Assembly: GCF_030684315.1 (NCBI RefSeq)
Contig: NC_081371.1
Span: 32,607,440-32,671,439, forward strand
Origin: Stegostoma tigrinum
Lineage: Eukaryota
Direction: 5' to 3'
Length of the DNA: 64,000 nucleotides
Below the pieces are notes generated by a model. That model made no database searches. It was given only the letters and a program-made list of their open reading frames with translations, and was not told the DNA's origin. Positions 25,363 to 38,345 of the stretch are shown one piece after another; the first letter of the stretch is position 1; the number at the start of each line of letters is the position of its first letter. The position numbers and the translations under genes are program-made.

Positions 25363-25476
25363 CCCCTTCTCCTCCCCCATTTCTGAAGAAGGGTCTAAGC
25401 CCAAAACGTCAGCTTTCCTGCTCCTCTGATGCTGCTTGGCTTGCTGTGTTCATCCAGCTCTACACCTTGTTATCTC
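25363..25476 (+). mobile_element. Solo PLE terminal repeat with decayed HHR and 10-bp TSD
   Basis: CTGAAGAagggtctaagcccAAAAcgtcagc. TSD tcttctaaat at 25353-25362 and 25477-25486. Confidence 0.85.
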
Positions 25477-25908
25477 TCTTCTAAATGTGCACTCTCTTTC
25501 TGTCCACGTGAAAGGATATTTCTGACAGGACTTATTCTGAGAATGTGACTTTGCTATTTTGGAGATGGTTTCCATTTTCTTTGAGAGAATTTCTACTGCC
25601 TTGGAGTTTTGTACATCTGATTTATGTTTAGCATCTACCAAGCACCAGTGCAGCATGGATTCAGTTTTACTTTGGACCTCAGACTGGGACTAAGATGAGC
25701 TTTAGGACCAACAACTAACTTCTACTGTTGCACACGAGAGAGGTGACAAACAGTGAAAGCCAGCTCACAGGAGATAATATCCTCAAGACTCAATTTCCTG
25801 AACATCACTACGCATTAGAGACTCAGGAGACTCTCAGGGTATTGTTTGAGGTGGTCACTGACATTTACAACCTCCTGGAAGAAGTAGATCAGGTGGGCAA
25901 AAGTTGTC

Positions 25909-26130
25909 TCAGTGATAATGGGAACTGCACATGCTGGAGAATCCAAGATAACAAAGTGTGGAGCTGGATGAACACAGCAGGCCAAGCAGCATCTCAGGAG
26001 CATAAAAGCTGATGTTTTGGGCCTAGACCCTCCTCTCTGATGAAGGGTCTAGGCCCGAAACGTCAGCTTTTGTGCTCCTGAGATGCTGCTTGGCCTGCTG
26101 TGTTCATCCAGCTCCACACTTTGTTACCTC
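25909..26130. mobile_element. Palindromic PLE mini-element (two inverted HHR-bearing arms) with 14-bp TSD
   Basis: ~85 bp inverted arms with a ~35 nt tail on the left only. TSD gggcaaaagttgtc (25895-25908) / gggtaaaagttgtc (26131-26144). Confidence 0.92.
26035..26067 (+). ncRNA. Minimal type I hammerhead ribozyme motif (intact core)
   Basis: CUGAUGA-A-GGGU(CUAG)GCCC-GAAA-CG-UC^AGC. Conserved boxes, stem II and a GUC cleavage triplet are present. Stem I is only ~2 bp because the 5' side is truncated. Confidence 0.75.
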
Positions 26131-28829
26131 GGGTAAAAGTTGTCACTGACTTTGAAAGTTGTCATTGTCCTTGATCAGTTCACTTCTGCCTCTTTCCAGT
26201 GATCAGCAGGAGATATTTGCTGAATTTCACAATTTACAGTCCATGAATGAATCATCCAGGTAATCACAATCGTGCACATCAGGACCTAGAATTATGTACA
26301 ATTTGCAACCAATACTGCCAGATATCAAAATGACTCTGTAGCTTTCCACAGGTTTACGGAGTCGTTCACTGTACATGTATAGCAACCCGCATCAAGAGCG
26401 TCCTAAAGTCTCTGTTAAACATCTATGTACATTCACTTGATCTGTCACCACATAAATGTCGTCTTCCATGTTTGTACAAGGTTTTCAGGGCACCATCATG
26501 ATGACACTTTGACCCTGTAACAGCCAATGATGAGAGATTAAGTCAGAGCTGTCTGATCATGAAAGCTATGATTAAGCCAGCAGTCAGGATGCTACTAATA
26601 GGATTCCAGTGGTTGTACAGATCTGGAGCTGCCCACCAATCTGCATAAATTCTAGTACCCAGAATGAAGAAGGTGTGTTGCTCTTTCTGCAGCATGCTCC
26701 AGCACAGAGGACTGAAGCTCCAGAAGGAGGAACGTGTTGAACACTCTATCTCCTCAGAATAAAAAAAGGAGCCACGAAGGCTCGACAGGATCAGGGATTT
26801 GATGTACTAAGGGACAAAGCAGTGGTGCACCTTAATGTCTCGGCTGGTCCAATTTTGGCACACTTCAGTCAAAGTGATGCAGTGAACCCATCTGGCTTCA
26901 CCTCCCAGCTCAAAGCAATCCTATAGTCCACAAAGCATTCCTGTTCGATCACCCATTTTTCATCTTTATGTCTTCGTTACTCTCTGTCGCAAGTCAGGCA
27001 ATATAGGAAATTGGTAAAAATACACAGTTTTAATTTTAGAGAAAAATTAAGCAGAAAATTGATAACCTAGTGCTGTGTTAACTGCCCAGGCCCATACCAT
27101 TGTCCAAATTCACTTCTTTACTGTTCCTTTTTCTATCAGTCATCTGTTTCCTTATTCTGTGCTTTCAGCAAAGTTGAGAGCCAGATATCTAGAGAAAATG
27201 GAGTGAAGAAAAGATGCCCTGTTCCACAACACATGTACTGAACAGAAAAGAATAATGTTTGAGGAATATTCTATCTCTGTGCCAGCAATGAGGTTATTCT
27301 CTAACAATGCGCTGCAGCTGATGGGTGATTCATGTCTGAGGGTCAGAACTTGGTTATAACCCATTCTAAATGACATAACCCACAGTGTGCTAATTGTGTG
27401 CACCCCAGTTAGAACAATTGGCTGTCCCCATAGTTGGACACTGAACTTCATCATGTGTGTAAGCTTCCTGCCTCTTTATAAACATTTATGTTGGTTCTGT
27501 TTTTATCTTTGAACCACCCCAAAGATAATTTCTAGGGGCAAGGGAGCAGTGATAATCACAATTATGGTCCTGAACATGAGCCCATGTGGATTTCCACCTC
27601 TTTCTGTGCAAGATTCCAATGGAATTTTCATCATTGTTTCATCTGTAAACAATGAAAATATTATTGATTTACATCTGCATGAAGACTATATCCCTCTTAA
27701 TATAAACAATATCAAACCTGTGTGATGTGATTTATGTCTGTTAAGTGAGCTGAAATAACTGGATCTGACGTGTGGTAGTTTGCAACCAAGTCAGGGTTAT
27801 AAATTATATTCTGCTATTTTTGGTTTATATTTGTGCTATTATGTTAAGAAAATATTTGGTGAAAAGTTTTAAAAAATGTACAAAAGTGCAGTGCATTCCA
27901 TTGTGACTTTGTTCCTGTATGGACAGAGGCACTAAATGCTTTGTGTTGTGCTGGTGGTTCAGCTTGTTTATATTTTGAGAGGATTTTCAATGGAAAAGTA
28001 AACCAATAATTAGAATCTAATGTGGTGGTATGGATGAATATGACATTCATTATGTAAAAATTACAGTGTTTGGTAAAGTATAAATTCAGGTTTGGTCGGT
28101 ATAATTCTAACGTAATACTTCAGGTGTTTAGCGCATGTTGGCAAGTACATGAAACAACTGAATTTTACATAGTCCCTATCGGGGACTGCGGCACACTTGC
28201 ACCAAAGGGAACTGCACCTATACCTGAACTGGTTGATGTCAGCAGACAATGCAGAAACAGCTTGCAGAACATCATATCATGGTCTCATAACCTGCTCACC
28301 ACGCTCTGTTTGGATTCCCACAGAACCATTCCATATCAGGCATCATTGCAGAATTCATTCTGACAGGAATGGAAGAACTGAATGCATAGAAAAGTTGAGC
28401 TGAAGCCAATATTCAACTGAGTATGCCACCAAGGAGACTTGGCAATGCTGAAGCCAATGAGATCAAAGGGATATCTGTTCAGAAAGATAGCTGTAGTTTA
28501 TGGATGCCAATCATCACAGACAGGGGGCAAAGTTGCATAAATTCAAATACCCTGACAATTTTCATCCTATTGATATTTTTGCTAACTGTTTCCATGTCAT
28601 AACAATGAGATGAAACTTCATGGATGTGTATTGTAATTTTTAAAAATGCAGTTAAAAATAAGCTGAAATAAGCTTTTAGATAATATTTTGATTCCAGAAA
28701 ACATTTGAAGTAGTATGGAATCATAGTATTCATTTACCAGAAGATATCTAGCCTACATTTCTCCCCTTGTCCCCATGTTATTGAATGCTAGTTGGTATTA
28801 GCATGCAAAAAAGGAGATCATCAGATGCT

Positions 28830-29110
28830 GCTGTTGTCAGCAGGCCAACACTTATTACCCATCTTAATTGCACTTGGAAGAAGCTGAAGTATGCCAGTTT
28901 CTTAAACATGCTGAGTGACTAGACTGTTAAAAGTCAATCACACCATCGTGGTCGAGACTCACATTTGGGCCTGACTGGATAAGAATGACAGATTTCTTTC
29001 CATTAGGGGATTTTTTTTTGACAATTGACCTTTATTGATATGGTATTTGATCAGCTGTATTTAAATTCCCCAATAACCATGCTAAGTATTGAGCTCGTGT
29101 TAATACTAGC
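28830..29110 (-). mobile_element. Old shark SINE/LINE-derived fragment
   Basis: caggccaacacttattacccatcttaattgcacttggaagaag is shared with 36940-37000 and, reverse-complemented, with 33490-33545. Confidence 0.5.
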
Positions 29111-31063
29111 AGCAGTAGAATGAGGTCCTCAAGTGGACATTAATTGCCTGCTTAACGGCCTCAATTGATGGCAGGGTGGGAAGAATTTGAGTGGTCCCCC
29201 TTATAGTGGACTGAACTATGGCATTGATGGGAAAATGGTAAGACCCACACCACCATTACATGCCCAACATCATCACTACCAGCACATGCAACACAGATGA
29301 GAGCACAAAATTCACCCTTAGTTCAGATTTTCAACTTGCTACCTGGACATAAAACAGCTTCTTGTAAGAATTCCGCTAGATTCTCTCAGTATCTGTTCCA
29401 ATGTGATTTTCCTTACCATTTCTTTTGAAATGGTTCCATTCCCTATCCCCATCCACAAATCTCAATCTCCCAACCTCCCTACATTCCTCCACTTTCACAA
29501 GATCATTCTCTGCTACTTCTACCACCCCAGGATGATGGAGACCCATTTACATGCATTTTATGCCCCGGCCAGCATTTTAATGATATGAAGCAAACTCACT
29601 GCTGCTGCAGACTTCACCATTCTAATTGCCATGTCTGCCTACCTAGCCCCAGCACATTAAAATATAATCTCTCCAGCCCTTTGGAAATGCCTCAACATGG
29701 AATTCGACCCTTCTCCAGCCTAAACAGCACCCACTTCTACCATTGCATTGCCAGGTTGCTGGTCCTCTGGGTCCATACCTTCAAGAGGCAGACTGCTATT
29801 CATAATGGGATGGTAATCAGATAACCGTTAATTGGCTTTAGTTGATAAAATTGTACCCATCGTCCCCCAGTTCACCTGAATGTGAATGACTCCTGAAAAG
29901 GATGGGGAGAAGGCCTGTAAAATTCAGGCAGTGTTTCTGAAAAACTAGTTAGTAACTACATGGGAACGGAATGTGTTGGTAGTTCATATTCTTACTCTTC
30001 GTCACTGCAGTCTGTCACATCTCATTGAAGTTTCGTTTTAGACATGTGAAGGTGACAAAGTGTCTGTGAAAGACTACTAAAATATTTGTCTGTACTTGAC
30101 AATAGGATTGTATGTCTTTGCTTGCTGTATTAGTTTAGGAATCATTTTGATATAGTTTGGAGTGTACAAGTAACAGAGGTTACAAGCAAAGATGTCTTTT
30201 TGGTGACATATTTTGACTGATAAAATTATTTTCAAGTATGCTTCATTAATCAAGAAATCACGAGCAATCAAGAAATAGATAAATTGAGTAAAATCAATTC
30301 GCAATTTGACTTTGTCTCAAAAATGTGAAATAAAATTCTTCTCTAATTTTATACTTGGATATAAAAGGACAATCTAAGTTGTGGAATAGCAAAAAAGCTG
30401 ACAAAAATAATTTGAAGATTCCTCCATCGTAAACCTAGAGTGGGAATTTCCAGTAAGCATAAATTATTCTGTCTGTTTTCCTTTTGGCTTTCCTTCAATC
30501 TTTTTTTTTGTACAGTTGAATTTAATTAAAAATATTTTGGAAATTTTGTCCATATATACCGCCTGTCAACAGAAAATACTTGCCGTTTTAAATTCTGTTC
30601 ATGTTTTTGTGTCGCGTTTACCATTATAAATTTTTTGTCCTAATTTTCCATTTGATTTTACAATACCGCCTGTCAGCATACATGCACTTAGTGAAGAGTT
30701 TGCCATCTAGTATATGTTTGAATCAAATATAGTCAATAACTACCCGTGAACAACATTTTAGATTTTTGGTTTTGAGGCTAGAGAATGTAATTTATAGTTG
30801 TTTATATTGGTACTTACAAGGTGTGTGTATATATAATATATATATATATATAAATCTTACAATATAAAATAGCTAGATTATAGTTGGATATGTAGATATA
30901 ATATAATATAGATAGAGATACAGAGATATAGATATGTCAAATCAAATGCTGCCTAAAATGATGCATATTTGAATTGAAAATGGGGAGTTAGTTACTTCAG
31001 TATATCCAGGACCACCTGAACTTTAACTTTAACTTTGCTGCCTGACATGTGAATAAATGGACC

Positions 31064-31209
31064 ACTGGTAGTAGATTTGACAACTTTAGGTACATTTAAG
31101 TCGTCATTGGATAAGCATATGGACGTAGGTTAGATGGGCTTGACATCGGTATGACAGGTCGGCACAACATTGAGGGCCGAAGGGCCTGTACTGTGCTGTA
31201 ATGTTCTTT
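31064..31209 (+). mobile_element. CR1 3' end fragment
   Basis: acatttaag..ttggataagcatatgga...gggccgaagggcctgtactgtgctgtaatgttct, similar to 57830-57985. Confidence 0.8.
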
Positions 31210-31829
31210 GGTGAATACATTTGAAAATCAACCATTGTGATTACTATATGGAAATAATCTAAGTAGTGTCTCAGTAGTCTTTGCTTCAGTACTTTAAAAC
31301 ATTCTCAATGTTCATATTAATACTTGCAACAAGTTATCTGGGATTAACCTTCTGTCAAGACTAGAATTTTACGTCGCAGAAAAATAACAATATTAAGTCG
31401 ATAGAAATTGGTTCACTTTGTACATTCCAGCCTATATTAGAATAAAATTGCTTTCTCTACCCAGTATATCAAGGATGTATACAAATTAATACCTGATGTA
31501 GTTCTGTATTCTTCAAAATAATTTTGTTCAAATTCATTTTATATTTTAAAGAGAAAATATTGGGGTGATTTATCACTATTGGTACAACACGAAAGTCCAT
31601 CGGTGACTCACAGCACATGTATGCAGAAAAGAAAACATCCTGGCATTTTATGAAAATTAATATTTTTCGGCACTCTGGCATGGATGTGCCTTGCTTTAGA
31701 TTTGTAGAGGAAAAAATGGATGGGTTACTCATTTCGACAGCGCACAATAGCATTAAACAGGAGCTTGCGTTTCTGTGCCGTGAAATTATTATTTTGTCTT
31801 TTTTTTGAAAGGTGACAGAGTTGAGTTTA

Positions 31830-32175
31830 ATCATTGAATTCCTACAGTCTGAAAGCAGGCCATTTGGCCCATCAAGTCAACTGTACCCTCCAAGAAGGAT
31901 CCCACTCAGACCTACCCACCCCCTACTCTATCCCTGTAACCTTTCATTTCCAATGGCTAATTCATCTGGTCTACACAGCCCTGGACACTATAGGCAATCC
32001 ACCTAACCTGCACAGCTTCAGTCTGTGAGAAGAAACCAGAGTGCCCAGTGGAAACCCATGCAGAGATTGGGAGAATCTGCAAACTCTACACAGGCAGTCA
32101 TCTGAGGGTGGAGTTGAACCAAGGTCCCTGATGCTGTGAGGCAGCAGTGGTAATCACTAAGCCACAGTGCTGCCC
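31830..32175 (-). mobile_element. tRNA-derived SINE, HE1/V-SINE type
   Basis: Reverse complement starts gggcagcactgTGGCTTAGTGAtt..GGTTCAACTCC (Pol III A and B boxes), then a V-domain-like gagtttgcagattctccc..tgggtttcc..ctctggtttcttctcacag and a CR1-like 3' tail. Confidence 0.88.
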
Positions 32176-33649
32176 AATATGACATTACGAGTCTCGTGGG
32201 TGATGTTCTACGAAGAAGCAAAAGCGAGTTTCCATCTTTGTTTTGGAAGAACACTTCGAAGATAGCTAATGGGTTACATGCTGAAGAAGCCTGCAAGTCA
32301 GATGTGCAAGATGATTAGCCTATTAAAGAACCTTGCCCTGTAAAATGATAGTGCCAATGAAACTGCAAGGAAGATTTGGTCAGAGGCTGAGTTTGAACCA
32401 CCAAATTTCAGGAATGATGTCATTAAGGATCAGCATCAGTTAAGTAATTCAACTTACGGTGTACTGTCATTTCATTGAGCCTTTTGAGAGGCTTTGAAGT
32501 ATCCATAAGTTATGGCAGTTGGTCCACTTGCCTCTCTCTTTCATTGCTGCAGGGAGCTGTTATAATTCCAGCAGATACTTTTTACTGAATAAGTCAGAAC
32601 CCAATCAGGAATCTGGCTTGAGAGATCATATTTTTATTTGGTTTCATTTTAAAGAAGCATTCTCTCACTGAACCATAAGCCTGCAATGCTGCAGAGTTTG
32701 CTTTAACAATAAAACAGAAATTTATTATGAAAGAAATGAAGATCACTTGAGAGTTCGATTTTTAAACTCAAAATGCAAGGGCTTCTTTCTGGAAGTATTG
32801 TACACTTGAGCTTCACTGCACTTCATTTAAAAATACACTTCCAGCTTTTTACCCGCTCTGGAACCAACACCAGCACTTCACTCTAAAGAGCTAACTCACT
32901 GCATGTGACTCTTCTTCTTCTGAGAAGAACTGCTCCTTACAGCCATCCTGTTCCAAGCTCCTCACATGTCCAAAAGTGCTCTCCGATGTTAAAAGTGAAA
33001 TTATAAGTTACTCACAAGGGTGCATCCCCAAACTTAATAATAACAGATTCCTAGATACTCTTACAAACCTTTTAAGGCACTATTATTTCAAGGTAAAGTC
33101 ATTGTGGTCTTAACCAAACTATAGAACTGCTGTCTTGTTAGAGAAAGATGACTGGTGGTGGTTTAATCTCAGACAGGCAGAAAATCTCGCCAGTTACTAA
33201 GTCAAACCCAGAAATCCAAGCTCGTGGTAACATTGAAACTCATATACGTAAATTCCAGAGTTTACATGCAAAATGAAAGTCCATTGTTAGCGCAGGTCCT
33301 AAGATCAACGTATGTTCTGTCAGGAATCAGTATGAAGGTTATTGAAAATGTATGGTCCACTGAACATGGAATTGCACGGACAGGACTCTGACACGGGGTT
33401 TTAACAATGTAATGACATGTGGACTTGTAACAAGCAGAGCATTGTGGGTCTACTTATGCCACGTAGATGACATCAATTCAGGAAGAAAGCTCACCACAAC
33501 CTTCTCAGGGCAACTAAGGATACGTAATAAATGCTTGACCAGTTAAATAAAAAAGAAATGCACAGCACTAGCAAATTATGGCCCTGGGTGGTGTTATGTA
33601 AAAGTAACACTAGTGTAGCAGCAAACATTATCCAGATACTGAATATTTG

Positions 33650-33777
33650 GATAACAAAGTGTGGAACTGGATGAACACAGCAGGCCAAGCAGCAACTCAG
33701 GAGCACAAAAGCTGATGTTTTGGGCCTAGACCTTTCACCCATGGCCTGCTGTGTTCATCCAGTTCATCCAGTTATCT
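33650..33777. mobile_element. Inverted-repeat PLE mini-element with asymmetric central deletion
   Basis: Left arm is nearly identical to 25947-26030. Right arm tggcctgctgtgttcatccag is its reverse complement. Confidence 0.85.
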
Positions 33778-35904
33778 GTGTGCTTTTTTTTTCTGGTTTA
33801 CGAAGTGCACACACAACCAGTGTATGACTCCCTACACAATACTTGTCTTTTCACACAGTAGGCTAGGTTTGCTACACAGTTTGAGAGCTCTACTATGTGG
33901 ATGAGGAGTGTGAGGACAGTCTGCAAGACAGCATCCCAGCTTCTGATAGTACCCTCTGAACCTTATTCCTTCTTCACTAACCCTCACCTCCAAAATGTTG
34001 CATGGCAGCCCATGCCCCTTCAGATCACTTGTTATACCTTTTATTATTCTTATTTCCAATCCACTTCATTTGTTGTCCATAACCACTCACCCAATGTCGA
34101 CTGTGTATACGTAATCCCCAGATGTCTTGCGATATTAATGGGAACTATTTTATATACCTTGGGAGCTGGTAGAGAGAGTTAAACCTTTCACAAGCTAATA
34201 AAACCTCCATGTCATTGATACTTAGGAAGAATGCCATCTGCCTGGGGAAAACAGCCTTGTAATGTTTGTACATGAATGGAAAATGCCAAAGAAACTGAAC
34301 AGATTTGGCATCAGAATTTTTGGAGAGAAAAAACATAACATTTTGTCTGGGATTTGGCTGTTGTTCGTTATTTGCAATACCTATAGTCTATTGACTTCTG
34401 TCAGCAAACCAGAAACTACATCAAAGTAGCAATCTGTTATTACAGATTCTTGAAGGTATCATTCATGTAGAGATGAAAGGAAGGTCTACCAAACTTAAAA
34501 TCCATAGGATTGATAAAGGCCATAGCTGTTCTAATGATTTTTTTTTCAGAAGAAAAGAACAGAAGGTGCTCATTTCAGTTTTAAAATGGAAGGTCTGTCA
34601 ATTTTTCAAATCAAAACTAGAGTGTATGCCAGCAGGTGCTTCCTTTCCAAGTTTCAAAACCAGTTTTTTAATCGTCCAGAGCCATCTAGATTATGGTAGT
34701 AAAGATGACAGCGTAGTTTAATAAGACCTTTTGTAACACTTTTTACACTGTGATCTAGTGTTTTTTTCATTCAAAAAGCTGTGTAATGCTTGTGAACAGT
34801 TACAAGAGTCTGAAGAATGTAAGGGTCAATTTATCTTTAGATGCTCGATCCTTGTTTTAAAAAAAATCCATGCATTAACCACATATCTGTGTTACAATAC
34901 ACTGCTTCATAGTGACATTTGAAAGTGTGAATGCATTTTATACTTACCAATAGAAAGTTCCATACTCCTCCACAGGCTTTCCTCTTGTTTTACGAGCTCT
35001 CAAGCCTCGTGGGTATGGAGTGGACTTTAAAAAAATCTTCATCACCAGACAAAAATGATCAATGGGAAACAATCTAATTTTTATCTTCCTATTAAAAAGA
35101 GGAACCAACTTTAGAGGAGGAGAAGTGTACATTTTTCACTTTAGTCTGTCCAACACACACACAAGCCACAGAAAATGGCACGTTGAGAAATAGGGAAGAA
35201 AAAAAAATTGGATTTCCTCAAAATGTGAATATAATTGTAGTCACTGGCAATTTTTTTTTTGGTTGCTGATAGATCCAACAAGATCAAACATTCTCTGCCA
35301 ACAATAATTAGATAAAAAAACTTGACCAACAAATTTCAAGAAAAAGTTGATGTAAACAGAGGCCCATAGCTGAGGCCCTTAAAATACTAAAAACTTTGGA
35401 GAACGATAGTTAATGTAAAGGTGATCAGGTTTACAGTTACAATGTATTCTAATAAATGTTGAACCTTGTGTTCAAAGATGATATTTCAAGACTTCGTAGA
35501 ATTTGTATTTGAATAATGTGTTGAGTGTGAACATAAGCTTATGGACTATCTGATGAGTAGAACTAATTCCTGAACTGTGAATGTCGGAAAGCAAAATGTA
35601 GTTTGGGATGGGAGTGTTTCAAAGATGCTTCATAGTTTGTCTTCTTTTTTCAATGTCCTACTGAAAGTCTTTCTGTGATTTAATTCCTTGGGCGGCAAAC
35701 AGCTATTTTCACTACTTTGCCCAAGGACCTGTTACGGTTGTGGAAAATTTGACAATAAGTATTGTAATTGGCTTGTTATTTAGCTATAGGAAGAAACACA
35801 GGTGGGGTCTTTTTTAACAGCTAGGCCTCATTAGATTTTACTGGCTTGTTTCCACCCAGTTCACTATCATGTTTGGAATCACTCCACTTCCCCTGTGTAA
35901 AGGA

Positions 35905-36580
35905 AAGCTGGTGGTAATTTTCCTGGACTCAACAGATTCACGCCAAACCTTCAGACACATGGGTTCAAGGGCCAGCCTAGAAGATATTCTGGTTTATATG
36001 TGATTCAGTTTCTGCTGCAGTTGGAATTTCAACTGCATTCTGAAATGGCTTAATACTGTCAGATACAACTGTAGTCAGTTGTTCAACCACAACAGAAAAG
36101 GCAAGTAGGAATAAAATTGATAGAATCATTCAGCATCAATCATGTGCTGCCTCATTAACATCTGTAATTTTGTGCCAAAATTTGGAGAACTGTACCATTG
36201 ACAAGTAACAGCCTTGATTTTGACATTTTTATAGCCTCTGAATCAGTACCTGACAGCTGATTCCCCAGAGTGCTCCAGCACCATTTCTGACGGTAGCTGC
36301 CTCATCATCAGAGCTGGCCTCCCACAGGTGGCTGCATAGCGGTATGTACAGTAAAATAGAGTGGCCCTTGGAGTCTTCAACATCGCTAAGACACCACAAA
36401 GTCTCAATATCAAGTCAAACTTAAGGAAGGAGACCTCTTATCGATTATCATCGTCTTTCCTCCAACAAATTATGAGTCACTTCTTCTCAATGTTGAACAC
36501 AATTGTGAAGAAACATTAATGTGAGAGAGACAGAATGTATCATGCCTGGGGAACTTGAATGTATGTCACCAAGATTGTCT
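35905..36580 (+). mobile_element. Ancient LINE 5' region and APE-endonuclease remnant
   Basis: Decayed translation VPKFGELYH...VALGVFNI...LLLNVEHNCEETL...GNLNVCHQ, the last resembling the GDFNxHH motif of APE domains. Confidence 0.6.
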
Positions 36581-37380
36581 TTGTAGCACCACTGAGAGTC
36601 CTGAAAGATAGAATTGCCATCATAAATGTTTGGATCCACGTTCTTTTGGGGGCAGAACCCTGTCCTTGCGTTGAGGACACCTTCCATTGTGTTGTGTGGC
36701 ACTGTCACTGTACAAAATAAGTTAGATTCAGTCTAGATTTGGCAGCCCCAAACTGCACAACAGGACAAAATGAGGACAAATAGCAGCAGCAGAAACACAT
36801 GAAAAAAAATTAGAACTTTGTAACGTGGATTTTCCCTCATTCTGACTTTGCTATCAAGGCAGTATTTGACCAAGTTTACCATCAAACATTATATGAAAAA
36901 CACTTTTTTTTTGTTTTTGTTCTTGTTCATTCATGGGATATAGGCATTGCTGAGTGGGTCAGCATTTATTGTCCACCTCTAGTTGCATTTGAGAAGGTTT
37001 TCATGAAGGCTAATGGAGTACAACTCTATTATATGTGTCATGTCCACTCAATGACTCTTGCTCCCTCATACTCTGCAAATCTTTCCTGCCCTCTGTGCTT
37101 CCTGTTCACTCACTAGGGAAACCTTTTTTTTGCATCACCACTAACTGTTCTTTCATCCACTTCCATCATACTCCGTCCCACCCTTTGACTCATTGGAGAA
37201 AAACTTGGTCCACCAACTGGCAAAGAGGCCTGCAGCTAGGAAGAGGTTTGGGGAGGCAGACATCACACTCCGTACTTCATGCAAGGAGTGGCAATTGTCA
37301 AATTTGCCGGAGGAGAGTATGACAACTTGTGGAGATGGGGAGGCGTGACGTTTCACAAGGGTAGTGCGCTGGAAATCAAA

Positions 37381-37431
37381 CCCCACTCAGTGCATAGTTT
37401 TAAATGAAGCTTTGCCATAGACAAGGCACTA
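37381..37431 (+). repeat. 51-bp direct repeat, copy 1 (copy 2 at 39990-40040)
   Basis: ccccactcagtgcatagttttaaatgaagctttgccatagacaaggcacta, 3 mismatches to copy 2. Confidence 0.92.
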
Positions 37432-37839
37432 TCAAAGTCTGCAAGTTACCTGTAAGATAAACCAAAATTCCAGGGCAGGTTTCTGTACTGAGTGAGAGCA
37501 ACAAATTATTTCAAATAAGTAGGTTTTAACCATCATTAAATGCCTATAAACTGTTGATATATGATTGAACTTGTTAAAACTTTAACACTCTTTTAAGGCT
37601 TCACTGTATGCATGTACAGACAGAAAGCAGCATAAATACATTTTACAATGAGGTTACAATGGCAAGATCCTGAAGTTGACATTTGAGACATGGGAAAATA
37701 ACCACAAAAAATTATCTTGACGTTTAGGTTCTCATTTTCTTCATTCCTTCTGTATTTTCTGAAATTTCTCATTATTGCTTATGCCATACCAGGCAAGGGG
37801 AAAACCTACCCTGGAAGCCTGTAAGTTTGCTATCTTTTG

Positions 37840-38307
37840 TGGGGAGGGTGTTAAAAAATGGATCATTAAAGCTGAGAACTTAAATCTCAAGGTAATCAGA
37901 GTTTGCATGGATTTTTGAAAGAGAAATCATGAGTAACAAATTTATTAGAGTTCTTTGAGGATTAACATGTGCTGTGGATAAAGGGGAACCTGAAGAACCT
38001 CTGTACTTGGATTTCCAGAAGACATTTGAAGAGTTGCACCATGAACCAAATAAATGTGTAAAGTAGGAACTATTGGCGTAGGTTGCAACATATTAATTTG
38101 TATGGAAGATTGGTTGTCTGAGAAAATGAAGGGTATGCATAAATGGATCTTTTCCTAATTGGCAGGATGTGACAAGTAGGGAACAGGATGGACCCTCAGT
38201 ACTTCACAATTTATATCAATGACTCTGAGTGGAGTAACTAAACTTGCAGATGACACAAAGGGAGGTGGGAAAGTACATCATGAAGGGTCCACAAGGAAGT
38301 TACAGAT

Positions 38308-38310
<3 letters not shown>
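37840..38310 (+). mobile_element. Decayed CR1 RT fragment
   Basis: TNLLEFFE..VDKGEP..LYLDFQKTF..KLADDTK motifs. Confidence 0.8.

Positions 38311-38342
<32 letters not shown>
38311..38342 (+). repeat. (TA)16 microsatellite
   Basis: Direct reading. Confidence 0.97.

Positions 38343-38345
<3 letters not shown>

Noticed and set aside
27169-27241. Strong polypyrimidine tract and AG followed by KVESQISRENGVKKRCPVPQHMY*
   Set aside because: No recognisable homology or partner exons, so a chance acceptor cannot be excluded.
28070-28363. 97-aa ORF in unique sequence
   Set aside because: No recognisable domain, and the length is within chance expectation.
31830-32175. A/B boxes as a tRNA gene (also ~55290-55372)
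   Set aside because: They are the tRNA-derived heads of SINEs and do not form a complete cloverleaf.
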